Shown here in pieces: positions 9,263 to 18,519 of a stretch of DNA of 61,657 nucleotides. Under the pieces are notes generated by a model. The model worked only from the letters and a program-made list of their open reading frames with translations, was not told the DNA's origin and did no database searches. The stretch is from positions 34,299-95,955 of the forward strand of contig JBIQJB010000005.1 of assembly GCA_044507735.1 (NCBI GenBank). Direction: 5' to 3'. The position numbers and the translations under genes were made by a program. Source of the stretch: Nitrosopumilales archaeon. GTDB lineage: Archaea; Thermoproteota; Nitrososphaeria; Nitrososphaerales; Nitrososphaeraceae. Position 1 is the first letter of the stretch, and each line of letters starts with the position of its first letter.

Positions 9263-9685
9263 ATGGCCAAGGGAATTGCAACGGGTGTACTTGTCGCTTC
9301 GCTTGTGCTTTTGATCATATATGGAGCAGACGCCGCAGTTGCATCATCGTCTCCTGACGGGAGAGGATTTCTCCCCTTTGATGAAGCCGTGCGCGGCGGG
9401 GGCTTTGGCGGAGGTGCGGTGGTAATGTCCATAATAGCGTTTGTCATCGCACGAAAAGAATATGCCCCGATAGTATCGGCACTTTTGTTTGTAAATGGCG
9501 GCCTTATTATTGCAGGAATGTTAGCACTGATCGCCCAGGGTGCACTGGCATCTGAAGACTCGTCAGGTGCAATGCGCACGATTGGGTCGACGATCGGCAT
9601 GGGTGCAATCCTCATTGCCCTGGGTGGATGGAAAGTAGCACTCGACAAGAGAGCAATTGTTGCAAAGGGTAAAGAGTCTGCCTAA
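9263..9685 (+). CDS. Small multi-pass membrane protein
   Basis: Four hydrophobic segments from MAKGIATGV; TATA-like TTTATTAAAT about 25 nt upstream; start trimmed from the ORF-track 9074. Confidence 0.75.
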   Translation: MAKGIATGVLVASLVLLIIYGADAAVASSSPDGRGFLPFDEAVRGGGFGGGAVVMSIIAFVIARKEYAPIVSALLFVNGGLIIAGMLALIAQGALASEDSSGAMRTIGSTIGMGAILIALGGWKVALDKRAIVAKGKESA

Positions 9686-10226
9686 GAACGAAGGGTATTC
9701 TGGCTGGTACCTGCAATACAGAGCAAACCTGCTGCCTGCGGGGTGACACACTCAGTAAGAATACGTAATAGAGTGACATCACAAAATCGACAGAGCCAGA
9801 ACATGGGCGAGAAGACTTCCTCTCTCCAGAGACGAAGCGGGGCGAATCATCATTATTTTCAGCAGAATTCGCCAGCACTGTACCTCAGAACCCACCAGCC
9901 ACAGGCTTTCCGGCCATGAAAACCGGAAAGCGGGGATTCCCAGAGGACCACTGGGACTGCACAACACCAAATCAATACCGTTGCAAAGACCCACAGCAAT
10001 CAGATACAAGCCTTGGAACACATGAAGAGAAAAGAACTAGAAGAGATCTGTAGAAGTACAGGCACTCATTGTCTTTGCACTGTAGTCCCGCATCAAACAC
10101 GGCACCTAGGCACTTGTTATCGTGCAGGAACCTCCAAAAATCCGCTCACGATTCGGCATCCGAAATTATGAACCTAGAAATAGGTACTGATTTCTGTCAG
10201 GATAACATTTTATACAAACTAGGCGA

Positions 10227-10925
10227 GTGATGGTTTACCATATGAAGGCAGTTATTCTGGCAGGCGGTTTTGGGAAGAGATTGAAGCCACTGACGGATCA
10301 GAAACCAAAACCCATGATCGAGGTATGTGATGTCCCAATCATTGAATGGCAAGTGAGGTGGTTGAGGAAAGCAGGGATCAGGGATTTCGTCTTGTGCGTA
10401 GGATACATGAAAGAACACATATTTGATCACATAGGCAACGGGGATAAATTTGATACAAAGGTTGAATATTCAATCGAAGAAGAACCCCTTGGAACCGGCG
10501 GAGCATTGCTCAACGCACGCGATTTGCTCGCAGGGCAGGAATCGTTCCTGATGCTAAATGGCGATATTCTAACAGAGCTAGATCCAACTAAACTCCAAGT
10601 CAAAGGAAAGCACACCATAGCGCTGGTGCCGCTTCGCAGCCCATTTGGGATTGTCGAGGTGGATAGCAATTCTCTTGTCAAAGGATTCGTAGAAAAACCC
10701 GAAATCCCTGACAGGTGGATTAATGCGGGCGTCTACCATTTTACAAATGAGGTATTCAAATATCTGCCGGAGAATGGCAACGTCGAGATGACGGCTCTGC
10801 CTGCGCTGGCGCGCGAGGGAAAGTTACACGCGATAAAGTATCCCAAAGTTTTCTGGCGCTCCATCGATTCGCACAAAGATATTGAAGAAGCTGCCAAGGA
10901 GATACAGGCTGCAAAACTTTCATGA
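10227..10925 (+). CDS. Sugar-phosphate nucleotidyltransferase
   Basis: ILAGGFGKRLKPLT..KPKPM, EPLGTGGA, NGD, INAGVY motifs. Confidence 0.92.
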   Translation: MMVYHMKAVILAGGFGKRLKPLTDQKPKPMIEVCDVPIIEWQVRWLRKAGIRDFVLCVGYMKEHIFDHIGNGDKFDTKVEYSIEEEPLGTGGALLNARDLLAGQESFLMLNGDILTELDPTKLQVKGKHTIALVPLRSPFGIVEVDSNSLVKGFVEKPEIPDRWINAGVYHFTNEVFKYLPENGNVEMTALPALAREGKLHAIKYPKVFWRSIDSHKDIEEAAKEIQAAKLS

Positions 10926-11905
10926 CTACCCGAGGAATGATAGGCTATAGTCTGGGGCCTCTGCTGTCAATGCATGAGGTTCTCGCATGCGCAAAGATGG
11001 CAGACTCTCAAGAAAATGTAGATTCGCTATGGGTTCCAGAGTCGTGGGGCCGAGAGTCATTTTCGACACTTGGTGCAATCTCTCAGGTGACAAAGAGAGT
11101 AAGACTCGGCACATCCATAATTAGCATTTACGCAAGGACCCCCGCGACTGTTGCAATGGGCGCCACGACTCTTGACATGCTTTCTGGCAATAGGACAATC
11201 ATCGGGCTCGGAACGAGTACAGAGGCCATTGTCGAAAACTGGCACGGGTTAAAATTTGAAAAACCAGCCAGTCGGATGAAGGAATACGTAGAATGTCTGA
11301 GGCTGATGCTCAGCGGCAAGAGGGTAGAATATAGCGGCAGGATCTTCAAGGTAAACAATTTCAAGATATTGCACCAGCCGCAGAGAGAGCGTGTTCCAAT
11401 CTTTATGGCAGCCGTCAACAAAAACATGGTGTCGCTCGCCTCTGAAATTGCCGATGGCGTGCTACTTTACTTGCGGCCGATTGCCGAACTGAAAAAGACT
11501 GCATCGGAATTGAAGAGAGCTGCGAGAGAGAGGAATTTTGAAATTGCCATGTCATTCATTTGTGCAGTATCTGACAGGGAGCCAGAAAAGGCAAGAGAGC
11601 GCGCAGCAAAGACCTTGGCATTCTATGTCTCTGTGGGGAAGTATTATGGCAAGTTCTTGTCCGAAAACGGATTTCAGACTGAAGTTGAGAACATCAGGTC
11701 TGCATATGGCACTGGAGGAGCAGATGCTGCGGCAAAATTCGTTCCGGACAATATGTTGGATTCTCTTGCCATCTGTGGCACCAAAGAGGAATGCAGGAAA
11801 TCGCTGTCAAGATTCCAGGATGCAGGCATAACGCTCCCAATAATGCAAGTGAACCCTGTCGAAGACGCAGAAGGTTCATTTAGGGAAATGTTGTCAACCT
11901 TCTAG
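10922..11905 (+). CDS. Luciferase-like (LLM) oxidoreductase, probably F420-dependent
   Basis: WVPESWG, RLGTSI..R.PA, SGNR..IGLG, ADG motifs of the LLM/Mer family. Confidence 0.85.
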   Translation: MTTRGMIGYSLGPLLSMHEVLACAKMADSQENVDSLWVPESWGRESFSTLGAISQVTKRVRLGTSIISIYARTPATVAMGATTLDMLSGNRTIIGLGTSTEAIVENWHGLKFEKPASRMKEYVECLRLMLSGKRVEYSGRIFKVNNFKILHQPQRERVPIFMAAVNKNMVSLASEIADGVLLYLRPIAELKKTASELKRAARERNFEIAMSFICAVSDREPEKARERAAKTLAFYVSVGKYYGKFLSENGFQTEVENIRSAYGTGGADAAAKFVPDNMLDSLAICGTKEECRKSLSRFQDAGITLPIMQVNPVEDAEGSFREMLSTF

Positions 11906-11906
11906 A

Positions 11907-13004
11907 TTGCGCAGGGTAGCTATCTCTTCTTGGGCGACCTCAAAGTTCGCCAAGGATTCAGGCATGTCTCTGCTAGATCTTGCGAGTAGTCCTGCTGCAG
12001 AAATCCTCAAGGAGAATGATAATAATGCTACCAAGATTGATGCTGTACTTCTTTCAAGCTGCACAAACGATCAGTATAGCTCGTCGATTGTTTCCGAAAT
12101 GCTAGGAATTCGCCCGAAAATCTCTCACAGGATCGACAACCTGTGTAATTCTGGCACAAACGCAGTTGCATCGGCCTTCTCGCTTATTGCTTCAGGATTA
12201 TGTGACACAGCTCTTGTAGTAGGTGCAGAAAAGGCAGAAAGCCCCGGCAACAAGCTGCTCTGGGACATCACCCGGGGATCGTTCATGTTTCCTGTTCACT
12301 GGGCTGCAATATTTGCAAGAGCACACATGAGGCAATACGGTACGACAGAAGAGCAAATGGCAATGGTATCGGTCAAGAATCACAAGAACGCAGCAAGAAA
12401 TCCGAAGGCTCTTTTCAGCAAAGAGGTTAGCATTGAGGAAGTTATGAATTCAAAAAAGATCGCAGATCCAATAAAGCTCCTGGATTGCGCTGCCCCTTGC
12501 GATGGCGCATCTGCATTGCTCTTAGTCTCTGAAGAACAAGCGAAACGAGTGGACAATCCTGTGTGGATAAAGGGCATTGGACAGCAGACAAATTCGGCTA
12601 GTTTCGCAAAAGCGACTAGCGATCTTACAACAATTGAATCTGCAAAGCTCGCAGCCAGAGAAGCATATGAAATGTCACAGTCGAGGCCATCACAGATTGA
12701 CGTCGCAGAGCTGCACGATGCGTTTACAATCATGGAAATAATGGCATACGAAGATTTGGGGTTTGTCGCGAAGGGAGAAGGAGGCAAGTTTGTGGACCAG
12801 CAGCAGATCACGATAAACCCTCGAGGGGGTATCATTGGCTGCGGGCATCCAGTGGGAACAACAGGTGTGGCGCAGGTGGCCGAAATTGCATCTCAACTTG
12901 CAGGAAAGGCAGGTTCGAGGCAGGCCAAAGGATGCAAGACTGGATTGGTTCACAACCTCGCAGCTGCTGGCTCTTCTGCTACCGTGATAGTCATGAGTGT
13001 TTAA
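11907..13004 (+). CDS. Archaeal-type thiolase (acetyl-CoA C-acetyltransferase family)
   Basis: NLCNSG catalytic Cys, KNHKNA..NP, ELHDAF, GHPVGTTG. Confidence 0.9.
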   Translation: MRRVAISSWATSKFAKDSGMSLLDLASSPAAEILKENDNNATKIDAVLLSSCTNDQYSSSIVSEMLGIRPKISHRIDNLCNSGTNAVASAFSLIASGLCDTALVVGAEKAESPGNKLLWDITRGSFMFPVHWAAIFARAHMRQYGTTEEQMAMVSVKNHKNAARNPKALFSKEVSIEEVMNSKKIADPIKLLDCAAPCDGASALLLVSEEQAKRVDNPVWIKGIGQQTNSASFAKATSDLTTIESAKLAAREAYEMSQSRPSQIDVAELHDAFTIMEIMAYEDLGFVAKGEGGKFVDQQQITINPRGGIIGCGHPVGTTGVAQVAEIASQLAGKAGSRQAKGCKTGLVHNLAAAGSSATVIVMSV

Positions 13005-13356
13005 TGGGGGGATATGTATACAGGAATTCTTTGAATATCTAAAGAAGTCTGAATTCATGCTGCCTGTTTGCACAAAATGCAACTGCAGCGCTTGGCCTCC
13101 TTCCAGCTACTGCCCACAATGCAGATCAAAGATATCATTGAAAAAGATAGATACGACAGGAACTCTGCTGGAGTTTTCCCGCTCTCATGTAAGAGGCAAT
13201 GAGGGCGTTTTTGGTCTGGTCGAAATTTCAGGCATCAGGTTGGTTGGGTCGTTTGGCGACTATGAGCTGAAGGTGGGGATGAAAGTTAAGATGACTAGTT
13301 GTGGGCTCCAAAGTGATGGCACGGCGTTCTACCTTTTTGCGCCAGTCGACAGCTGA
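12997..13356 (+). CDS. DUF35 Zn-ribbon/OB-fold protein (thiolase partner)
   Basis: CTKC...WPP...CPQC ribbon plus OB fold, overlapping the thiolase stop. Confidence 0.85.
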   Translation: MFNGGICIQEFFEYLKKSEFMLPVCTKCNCSAWPPSSYCPQCRSKISLKKIDTTGTLLEFSRSHVRGNEGVFGLVEISGIRLVGSFGDYELKVGMKVKMTSCGLQSDGTAFYLFAPVDS

Positions 13357-13385
13357 TATTAATATACGTCAAGTATGAGTAATAG

Positions 13386-13751
13386 TTGCATATGAGCTAT
13401 GATAGGTTCATTGACGAGAGGCTCCTAACTAGTAGAGATGCGCTCAATAGATTTCAAATCAAGATTAAGATAATCGAAATTGACGAAAATGCTCGCGACT
13501 TTTCGCAGCGCTTTGGAAGAAGAGTCCTAGTCAAGAAGGTGCTCCTGACAATCAAGCACACAGAGACAGAAGAGGTAGAAGAGCGCGAGCTTGATGTTGA
13601 AGAAATTGAAAAGAGGATAAAGAAAGAGCGCCTATTCAGTTCATCAAACAGATGGCTTTCGTCAACAGATATCAAGAACGGTTATATCGTTGCCAACCGT
13701 CATCTCGACCTGCTGGCCGATGCTATCGCTCTTGACATCATTGTCATTTGA
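13386..13751 (+). CDS. Hypothetical protein
   Basis: 121-aa ORF (probable start MSYDRF at 13392) with a TATA-like element upstream. Confidence 0.75.
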   Translation: MHMSYDRFIDERLLTSRDALNRFQIKIKIIEIDENARDFSQRFGRRVLVKKVLLTIKHTETEEVEERELDVEEIEKRIKKERLFSSSNRWLSSTDIKNGYIVANRHLDLLADAIALDIIVI

Positions 13752-13777
13752 TATTTCAGAACTCGAGTTTTGAAATG

Positions 13778-14245
13778 TCATGCTATGGGTCTTTTGATCC
13801 ACACTCTTATAGTTTCGAACCAGAACGCAGCGCTTCCTGCTATGGCAAAGCCAATTGCATAGATGTTCAAGTCGTTATAATTCAAAAGAACATAGGCGAT
13901 AAGCATGGTAGTAAAAAAGGCTGCAAAGAATGACAGTCGTGGCACTGCAAGCCCTGCGATGTTTACAAAGGCCTGCAACACTCCGGGTTGAATCTTTTGG
14001 ACAACATAATACCGCCCGTACTCATCTTGGCTGACAAGGGCGAGCTCGACCAGCTTGTCGATATGGTAGTTTGCAACGCTTGGACTTGAAAAGCTGAGAT
14101 CGCGCTGCACTTCTCTGACTCCGACCGGCTCTTTCCTTTTCACCATGTACATGTACACCTGGAGTGTCTTTCCTTTCAGCTGGTCTTCAATAGACAGCTT
14201 CCTGCGAGCATCATCTGCTGAGGGGGGCTCGATGTCTTTGGTCAA
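13778..14245 (-). CDS. Winged-helix transcription regulator with two C-terminal TM helices
   Basis: VGVREVQRDLSFSSPSVANYHIDKL HTH followed by two hydrophobic segments. Confidence 0.8.
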   Translation of the reverse strand: MTKDIEPPSADDARRKLSIEDQLKGKTLQVYMYMVKRKEPVGVREVQRDLSFSSPSVANYHIDKLVELALVSQDEYGRYYVVQKIQPGVLQAFVNIAGLAVPRLSFFAAFFTTMLIAYVLLNYNDLNIYAIGFAIAGSAAFWFETIRVWIKRPIA

Positions 14246-14314
14246 GCTATTTGGTCACCCGATACGCCATTTTATTATAAAACATATCGCAACTCGTCTC
14301 CATAAAAAGAATAG

Positions 14315-14421
14315 CGCCGCTGACCAGACTCGAACTGGTGACCCACTGGTTAACAGCCAGCTGAGCTTCAAAGCAGGATATTGCGCTTCGAATTTGCTCT
14401 ACCATGCTGAGCTACAGCGGC
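14315..14421 (-). tRNA. tRNA-Asn(GTT) with a 33-nt intron at non-canonical position 27/28
   Basis: Removing 14361-14393 gives a 74-nt cloverleaf: GCCGCTG/CAGCGGC acceptor stem, ACTGG-CTGTTAA-CCAGT anticodon arm, TTCGAGT T loop. Confidence 0.93.
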
Positions 14422-14463
14422 GCAGTATTACAGCAAATCCGAGCACAAAATAAATCTTTGGGC

Positions 14464-15021
14464 TTACTGCATACCCTCTTCACGAGAGTATACATAGAGG
14501 CCATCCAGAAACACGCGCTGATCCTTGTCCTTTATCCTGGTAGACAGTTCGATATTTGCAGCTGTCTGTGACACGTCTTCCAAGCTCGGACCTTGAACCA
14601 CCACGTCTTCGCCAACCACGCTGACTTTGGTGGCATCGCCCACAATCTTTGAAGTCCTCGGCGCCCTTTCGCCAAAAAAGTTCTCTACGCTGACTTCTTT
14701 TCCCTTTACCTTTACGGATATCGGAAAGTGTGCAAATATTATCTTGAGCTTGTATGTGTAGCCCTTTTCAACTCCCTTTATCATGCTCTCGATTATGCTT
14801 CGAGCAGTATTGGTGACTGCAAGATCTTGCTTTCGCTTACCGTAAGGCTTGATTGTAATCTTGTTGCCCTGTACAGTTATCCTGGCTGGCAACTTCGTAA
14901 AGTCCTTCTTGACAGTTCCAAGTTTGCCTTTTACAGAAAGTACGTTGCCTTCTTGAGATATCTTGATACTGGCAGGCGCTTCAACTTCTGCCATTATTTC
15001 CTGATCAGTAGACGTAGCCAA
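14464..15021 (-). CDS. rpl6: 50S ribosomal protein uL6
   Basis: AHFPISV, NFFGERAPR, KDQRVFLDGLY. Confidence 0.96.
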   Translation of the reverse strand: MATSTDQEIMAEVEAPASIKISQEGNVLSVKGKLGTVKKDFTKLPARITVQGNKITIKPYGKRKQDLAVTNTARSIIESMIKGVEKGYTYKLKIIFAHFPISVKVKGKEVSVENFFGERAPRTSKIVGDATKVSVVGEDVVVQGPSLEDVSQTAANIELSTRIKDKDQRVFLDGLYVYSREEGMQ

Positions 15022-15397
15022 CTAGAACTCCTCCCAATCCTTGCGACACTGCCTCATGATGAGACATTATTCCCTTGCTGGTCGATACAAGCAAAATTCC
15101 CATGCTATATGCCGGCAGGAATTGTCGCTCCCAATCAAAGTAGGCATCCTTCTTCACTGAAAAGCGCGGAGTGATTATGCCGCACTTGTTAATCTTTGCC
15201 AATAGCTGGATTCTAAACTTGCCCGCCCTGCCATCATCAATCTGTTCGAATTCGCCAATGTAGCGGTGCTTTTGCATCACACGCAATACTTCGCCAGAGA
15301 ACTTGCTTGCTGGGACAACGATACACTCCCTCTTTCTTCTGGCTTCGTTGTTGTATATTGTTGTAAAGAGGTTTGAAAGAACGTTTAGCGCTGGCAC
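15005..15397 (-). CDS. rps8: 30S ribosomal protein uS8
   Basis: YIGEFEQIDDGRAGK, INKCGIITPRF, STSKGIMSH. Confidence 0.96.
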   Translation of the reverse strand: MPALNVLSNLFTTIYNNEARRKRECIVVPASKFSGEVLRVMQKHRYIGEFEQIDDGRAGKFRIQLLAKINKCGIITPRFSVKKDAYFDWERQFLPAYSMGILLVSTSKGIMSHHEAVSQGLGGVLVGYVY

Positions 15398-15408
15398 TCC
15401 ATTTTCAC

Positions 15409-15588
15409 CTACTCGTATTTCACGAATCCGATGCTGTTAGCGACTTCTCTGAAGCACTGCCTGCAAAGCATCAAGTTGTATTTGCGGATGAGACCGTTAT
15501 ATGAACCACACCGTTTGCACCATCTGGTGCCCCTACCGTGCGCGAGCTTCTTTCTTCCAGTGATTTCGTATTCTCTCGGTTTTGGCAT
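15409..15588 (-). CDS. rps14: 30S ribosomal protein uS14 (59 aa, not in ORF track)
   Basis: [59 protein letters not shown]; Zn-binding Cys pattern and expected position between rpl5 and rps8. Confidence 0.95.
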   Translation of the reverse strand: MPKPREYEITGRKKLAHGRGTRWCKRCGSYNGLIRKYNLMLCRQCFREVANSIGFVKYE

Positions 15589-15594
15589 AATCTA

Positions 15595-16122
15595 TTATTC
15601 GACCTCTACTCCAAATTCTTGCTTGAAGAATGCAATAGCTTCATCTCTATTTATCCTGTGAGTCTTGCCGATCTTGGCACTCTTTCTACTCTTCCTTGCA
15701 ATCCTATATCCTGGTCTGCTGAGTACGACATTGACATCCATTCCAAAGATTCCGATCTCCGGGTTATACTTTGTGCCGGGAATGTCGATGTGTTCGTGAA
15801 TCCCGACTGAAATATTGCCAAAATTATCAAATGATGAGGCCCTGAGCACATTTCTTTTCGCCGCAATGATGCGCTTTAGAAATTCTATTGCAGGTTCGCG
15901 CCTTAGAGTGACGATGGCCCCTATTGGTTCACCTTTGTGTATGCCAAAGTCTCTCACCGTCTGTTTTGCACCGCGGACTGCTGGTTGCTGGCCAGTAAGC
16001 TCAAGCAATGCCTTCTTTGCCTTTTCTACCGGATCTCCTGATTTGCCTACTCCGATATTGATCACGACTTTATCGACGCTTATTTTTTTCATACTTACTT
16101 GTTCTAATTGTTGTTGACTCAA
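15595..16122 (-). CDS. rpl5: 50S ribosomal protein uL5
   Basis: KVVINIGVG, VRDFGI, FDNFGN, YNPEIGIFGMD. Confidence 0.96.
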   Translation of the reverse strand: MSQQQLEQVSMKKISVDKVVINIGVGKSGDPVEKAKKALLELTGQQPAVRGAKQTVRDFGIHKGEPIGAIVTLRREPAIEFLKRIIAAKRNVLRASSFDNFGNISVGIHEHIDIPGTKYNPEIGIFGMDVNVVLSRPGYRIARKSRKSAKIGKTHRINRDEAIAFFKQEFGVEVE

Positions 16123-16123
16123 T

Positions 16124-16837
16124 CTAGTTCACCTTTATCACTGGTTTGTCCTTTCCGACAACCATAACCATTTCAACGGGAAGTTCAACGGACTTGTTGT
16201 CAAACGATACCAATGCCCTCTTTGGCAGCGAGAAGATGCCATCTTGGATGTCTTCGATCTTGCCCACCGCGCCGGCATTTTCGCCCGTAATGATGAGCGC
16301 AATCGCGCCCTTTTCAAACGCAAGGTGGTCCCTGACCTGAACCTTGGGCAAATCGATCACACAAGTGTCCCCGACTCTGAGATTTTGATCGCTTATGAGA
16401 GTTTTGCCATCATGGAATCCGTATTGGATCTTCTTGCCCTTAATAGTGGTCTTGCTCGTAACCTTTACCAGCTTAACTGCCTTTTCGGAATCATCAATTG
16501 AAACAGCAGTCAAGAGCTCCGAATTCTTCGGAGACATGCGAAATGCCTGACCTGTTCCCAGTTCTACCACATCCATCAAGCCTACGGCGAGATTTGGATC
16601 ATACCTGATAACGCCATCGACTTTTACCTTGCCTGCGTCCAGTATCCTCTCGGCTTCGCGCATTGTGCTGGCTACCTTGAGTACGTCGCGAAGAACCATG
16701 CCAAGTGGATACGCACGATGTTTTGGATGAGGACCGGGCTTAACTCTGAGGACGAATTGGCTCTCTTTTCTCCTAATGGCCCAAAACGTTGGAGCCATCT
16801 GCCTCTTAACTCGAGTGTCTCCGCCTTTCTTGCCCAT
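16124..16837 (-). CDS. rps4e: 30S ribosomal protein eS4
   Basis: KR..AP..W, PGPH, VKVDG, HDG motifs. Confidence 0.95.
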   Translation of the reverse strand: MGKKGGDTRVKRQMAPTFWAIRRKESQFVLRVKPGPHPKHRAYPLGMVLRDVLKVASTMREAERILDAGKVKVDGVIRYDPNLAVGLMDVVELGTGQAFRMSPKNSELLTAVSIDDSEKAVKLVKVTSKTTIKGKKIQYGFHDGKTLISDQNLRVGDTCVIDLPKVQVRDHLAFEKGAIALIITGENAGAVGKIEDIQDGIFSLPKRALVSFDNKSVELPVEMVMVVGKDKPVIKVN

Positions 16838-17244
16838 TACTTATCGGCACCCTCCTTTGCTACTTTTCTTGATTCCTTTTCTTCCTTCTTTTCGGATGTG
16901 TCCGACTTGACACCCTGCAGCCTGTTGGCCCTGTGCTTGTCTTCCAGGTTAAGGCCTGTTATCTTTACATTTGAAGCATGAATTGGAACCTTTACTTGCC
17001 CACCGCGGACCTTTTCCCTCTGCATGCCTTCGATATGAAGCGTTCCATTCTCTGTATTTACCTTCTCCACCTTTCCTCCGCGACCCTTGTATGCGCCGCG
17101 AACTACCATTACAGAATCGCCCTTCACAACGCGCACAGTTTTCCTTTTGTATTGCTCACGAAGCTCGTCCGCGAGTGGCGCGCCGAGCATTTTATCACGT
17201 TGGTGCTTTGCAACGTGGATTAGTTTTGGATTGATGTTTGCCAT
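16837..17244 (-). CDS. rpl24: 50S ribosomal protein uL24
   Basis: KOW motif KGDSVMVVRGAYKG, IHASNVKI. Confidence 0.95.
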   Translation of the reverse strand: MANINPKLIHVAKHQRDKMLGAPLADELREQYKRKTVRVVKGDSVMVVRGAYKGRGGKVEKVNTENGTLHIEGMQREKVRGGQVKVPIHASNVKITGLNLEDKHRANRLQGVKSDTSEKKEEKESRKVAKEGADK

Positions 17245-17257
17245 GATTTTTTTTCAC

Positions 17258-17698
17258 CTAAATTATCATTCCCGCCAAGTTTGCAATTCTTGGCCACTTC
17301 TCCGCTGCTTCCGCTGCCACTGGGCCCTTGATGTCCGTCCCTTTGATCTCACCCTCGGGAGTCACAAGGACTGCAGCATTGTCTTCAAATGAGACACGAA
17401 CGCCATTGAGCCTCCTGATGGGATACTTTTGCCTGACAATTACCGCACCGAAAATTTGTTTTCGCAATTCAGCAGGTCCCTTCTTTACTGTTACCGTGAC
17501 GAAATCTCCTACTGCAGCAGCTGGCTGTCGAGAGTGTCTTCCCTTATATCTGGTCACCATCGCGATGCGCAGAATCTTTGCACCAGTGTTATCCGCACAC
17601 ACGAGCTCAGCTGTGACTGGCAGGGCCCTGGTAATATATGGGCGGAATTCTTCAACGCCCTTCGCAGAAACTGCTCTTGACTTAGCTCCTGCTGCCAT
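17258..17698 (-). CDS. rpl14: 50S ribosomal protein uL14
   Basis: CADNTGAK, FEDNAAV, IKGPVAAE. Confidence 0.96.
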   Translation of the reverse strand: MAAGAKSRAVSAKGVEEFRPYITRALPVTAELVCADNTGAKILRIAMVTRYKGRHSRQPAAAVGDFVTVTVKKGPAELRKQIFGAVIVRQKYPIRRLNGVRVSFEDNAAVLVTPEGEIKGTDIKGPVAAEAAEKWPRIANLAGMII

Positions 17699-18023
17699 CC
17701 TTTGTATTCACCTCTATCACTACAAACGAAACAGTTTTCGAAAGTGGCCTGCATTCCGCGATCTTGACTTCTTCGCCTTCCTTGACATCCACACAAGGTG
17801 GCAAGTACGCGTGCACCTTTGATCTGCTTCTCTGATAGCGCTTGTACTTTGGTGCAGGTTTGGGGTATTCTCTTGAGACAACTACCATCTTTGGTGCTTT
17901 GGCACTGGATACAATTCCTGTCAACAGCTTTCCTCTCACAGACAGAGTGCCGTGGAATGGGCAGAGATCATCTTCGCATGTTTTTCGCGGAGAGACAACA
18001 GATACACCGATATTTCTAACCAT
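17682..18023 (-). CDS. rps17: 30S ribosomal protein uS17
   Basis: CPFHGTLSVRG, ECRPLSKT. Confidence 0.96.
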   Translation of the reverse strand: MVRNIGVSVVSPRKTCEDDLCPFHGTLSVRGKLLTGIVSSAKAPKMVVVSREYPKPAPKYKRYQRSRSKVHAYLPPCVDVKEGEEVKIAECRPLSKTVSFVVIEVNTKDGSRS

Positions 18024-18034
18024 AAATCATCACT

Positions 18035-18316
18035 CTAATTATTCAATCGCGTTATACGATCCTCAGGTCTTCCTATCATTGAGGAACCACTTATAAAGCA
18101 AACGCCAGAGCGTGTTTTGATCTCAATCTTTTTAGCTGTTCTTTTTGCAATTCGTATTATCGAAGAATCTGTTGCGGTCCTGATCAATATTGTATTCTTA
18201 GTTTCGAATACTATCGAGCCTTTTACTCCTTGCAGAGAAGGATCTGTTGACTCGACTACTTTTGCATCAAGGCCGATGATCTCGTGAACGAGAACATTTG
18301 CAGGAGTTGTCATCAT
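18035..18316 (-). CDS. rnp1: Ribonuclease P protein component 1 (Rpp29/POP4)
   Basis: HEIIGL, G.IV.ETKN, GRPEDR; conserved position between rpl29 and rps17. Confidence 0.9.
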   Translation of the reverse strand: MMTTPANVLVHEIIGLDAKVVESTDPSLQGVKGSIVFETKNTILIRTATDSSIIRIAKRTAKKIEIKTRSGVCFISGSSMIGRPEDRITRLNN

Positions 18317-18519
18317 TTCCTAGCCTTCCTTTCGTTAAGAAGAGTCATTATGCGAGCAATGTCGCGCTTGAGCCACTTGATGTTGCCTGTTTGCTTCTTG
18401 AGCGTTCCCTTAGATTTTTCCAAATTAAGCTTTGCAAGATCAGCTTTCAATTCTGTCAGCTTGTCTGCAAGATCTGCATCGTTCATCTCGCGTAGAGTTT
18501 TGAGCTTAAGCCGTGCCAT
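18313..18519 (-). CDS. rpl29: 50S ribosomal protein uL29
   Basis: LREM..., KRDIARIMTLLNE. Confidence 0.93.
   Translation of the reverse strand: MARLKLKTLREMNDADLADKLTELKADLAKLNLEKSKGTLKKQTGNIKWLKRDIARIMTLLNERKARK

Noticed and set aside
9770-10170. Possible decayed integrase or gene remnant
   Set aside because: Only vague fragments across several frames; no supportable motif.
14280-14460. tRNA-Asn as an integration site
   Set aside because: No integrase nearby and no duplicated tRNA 3' end noticed in the window.
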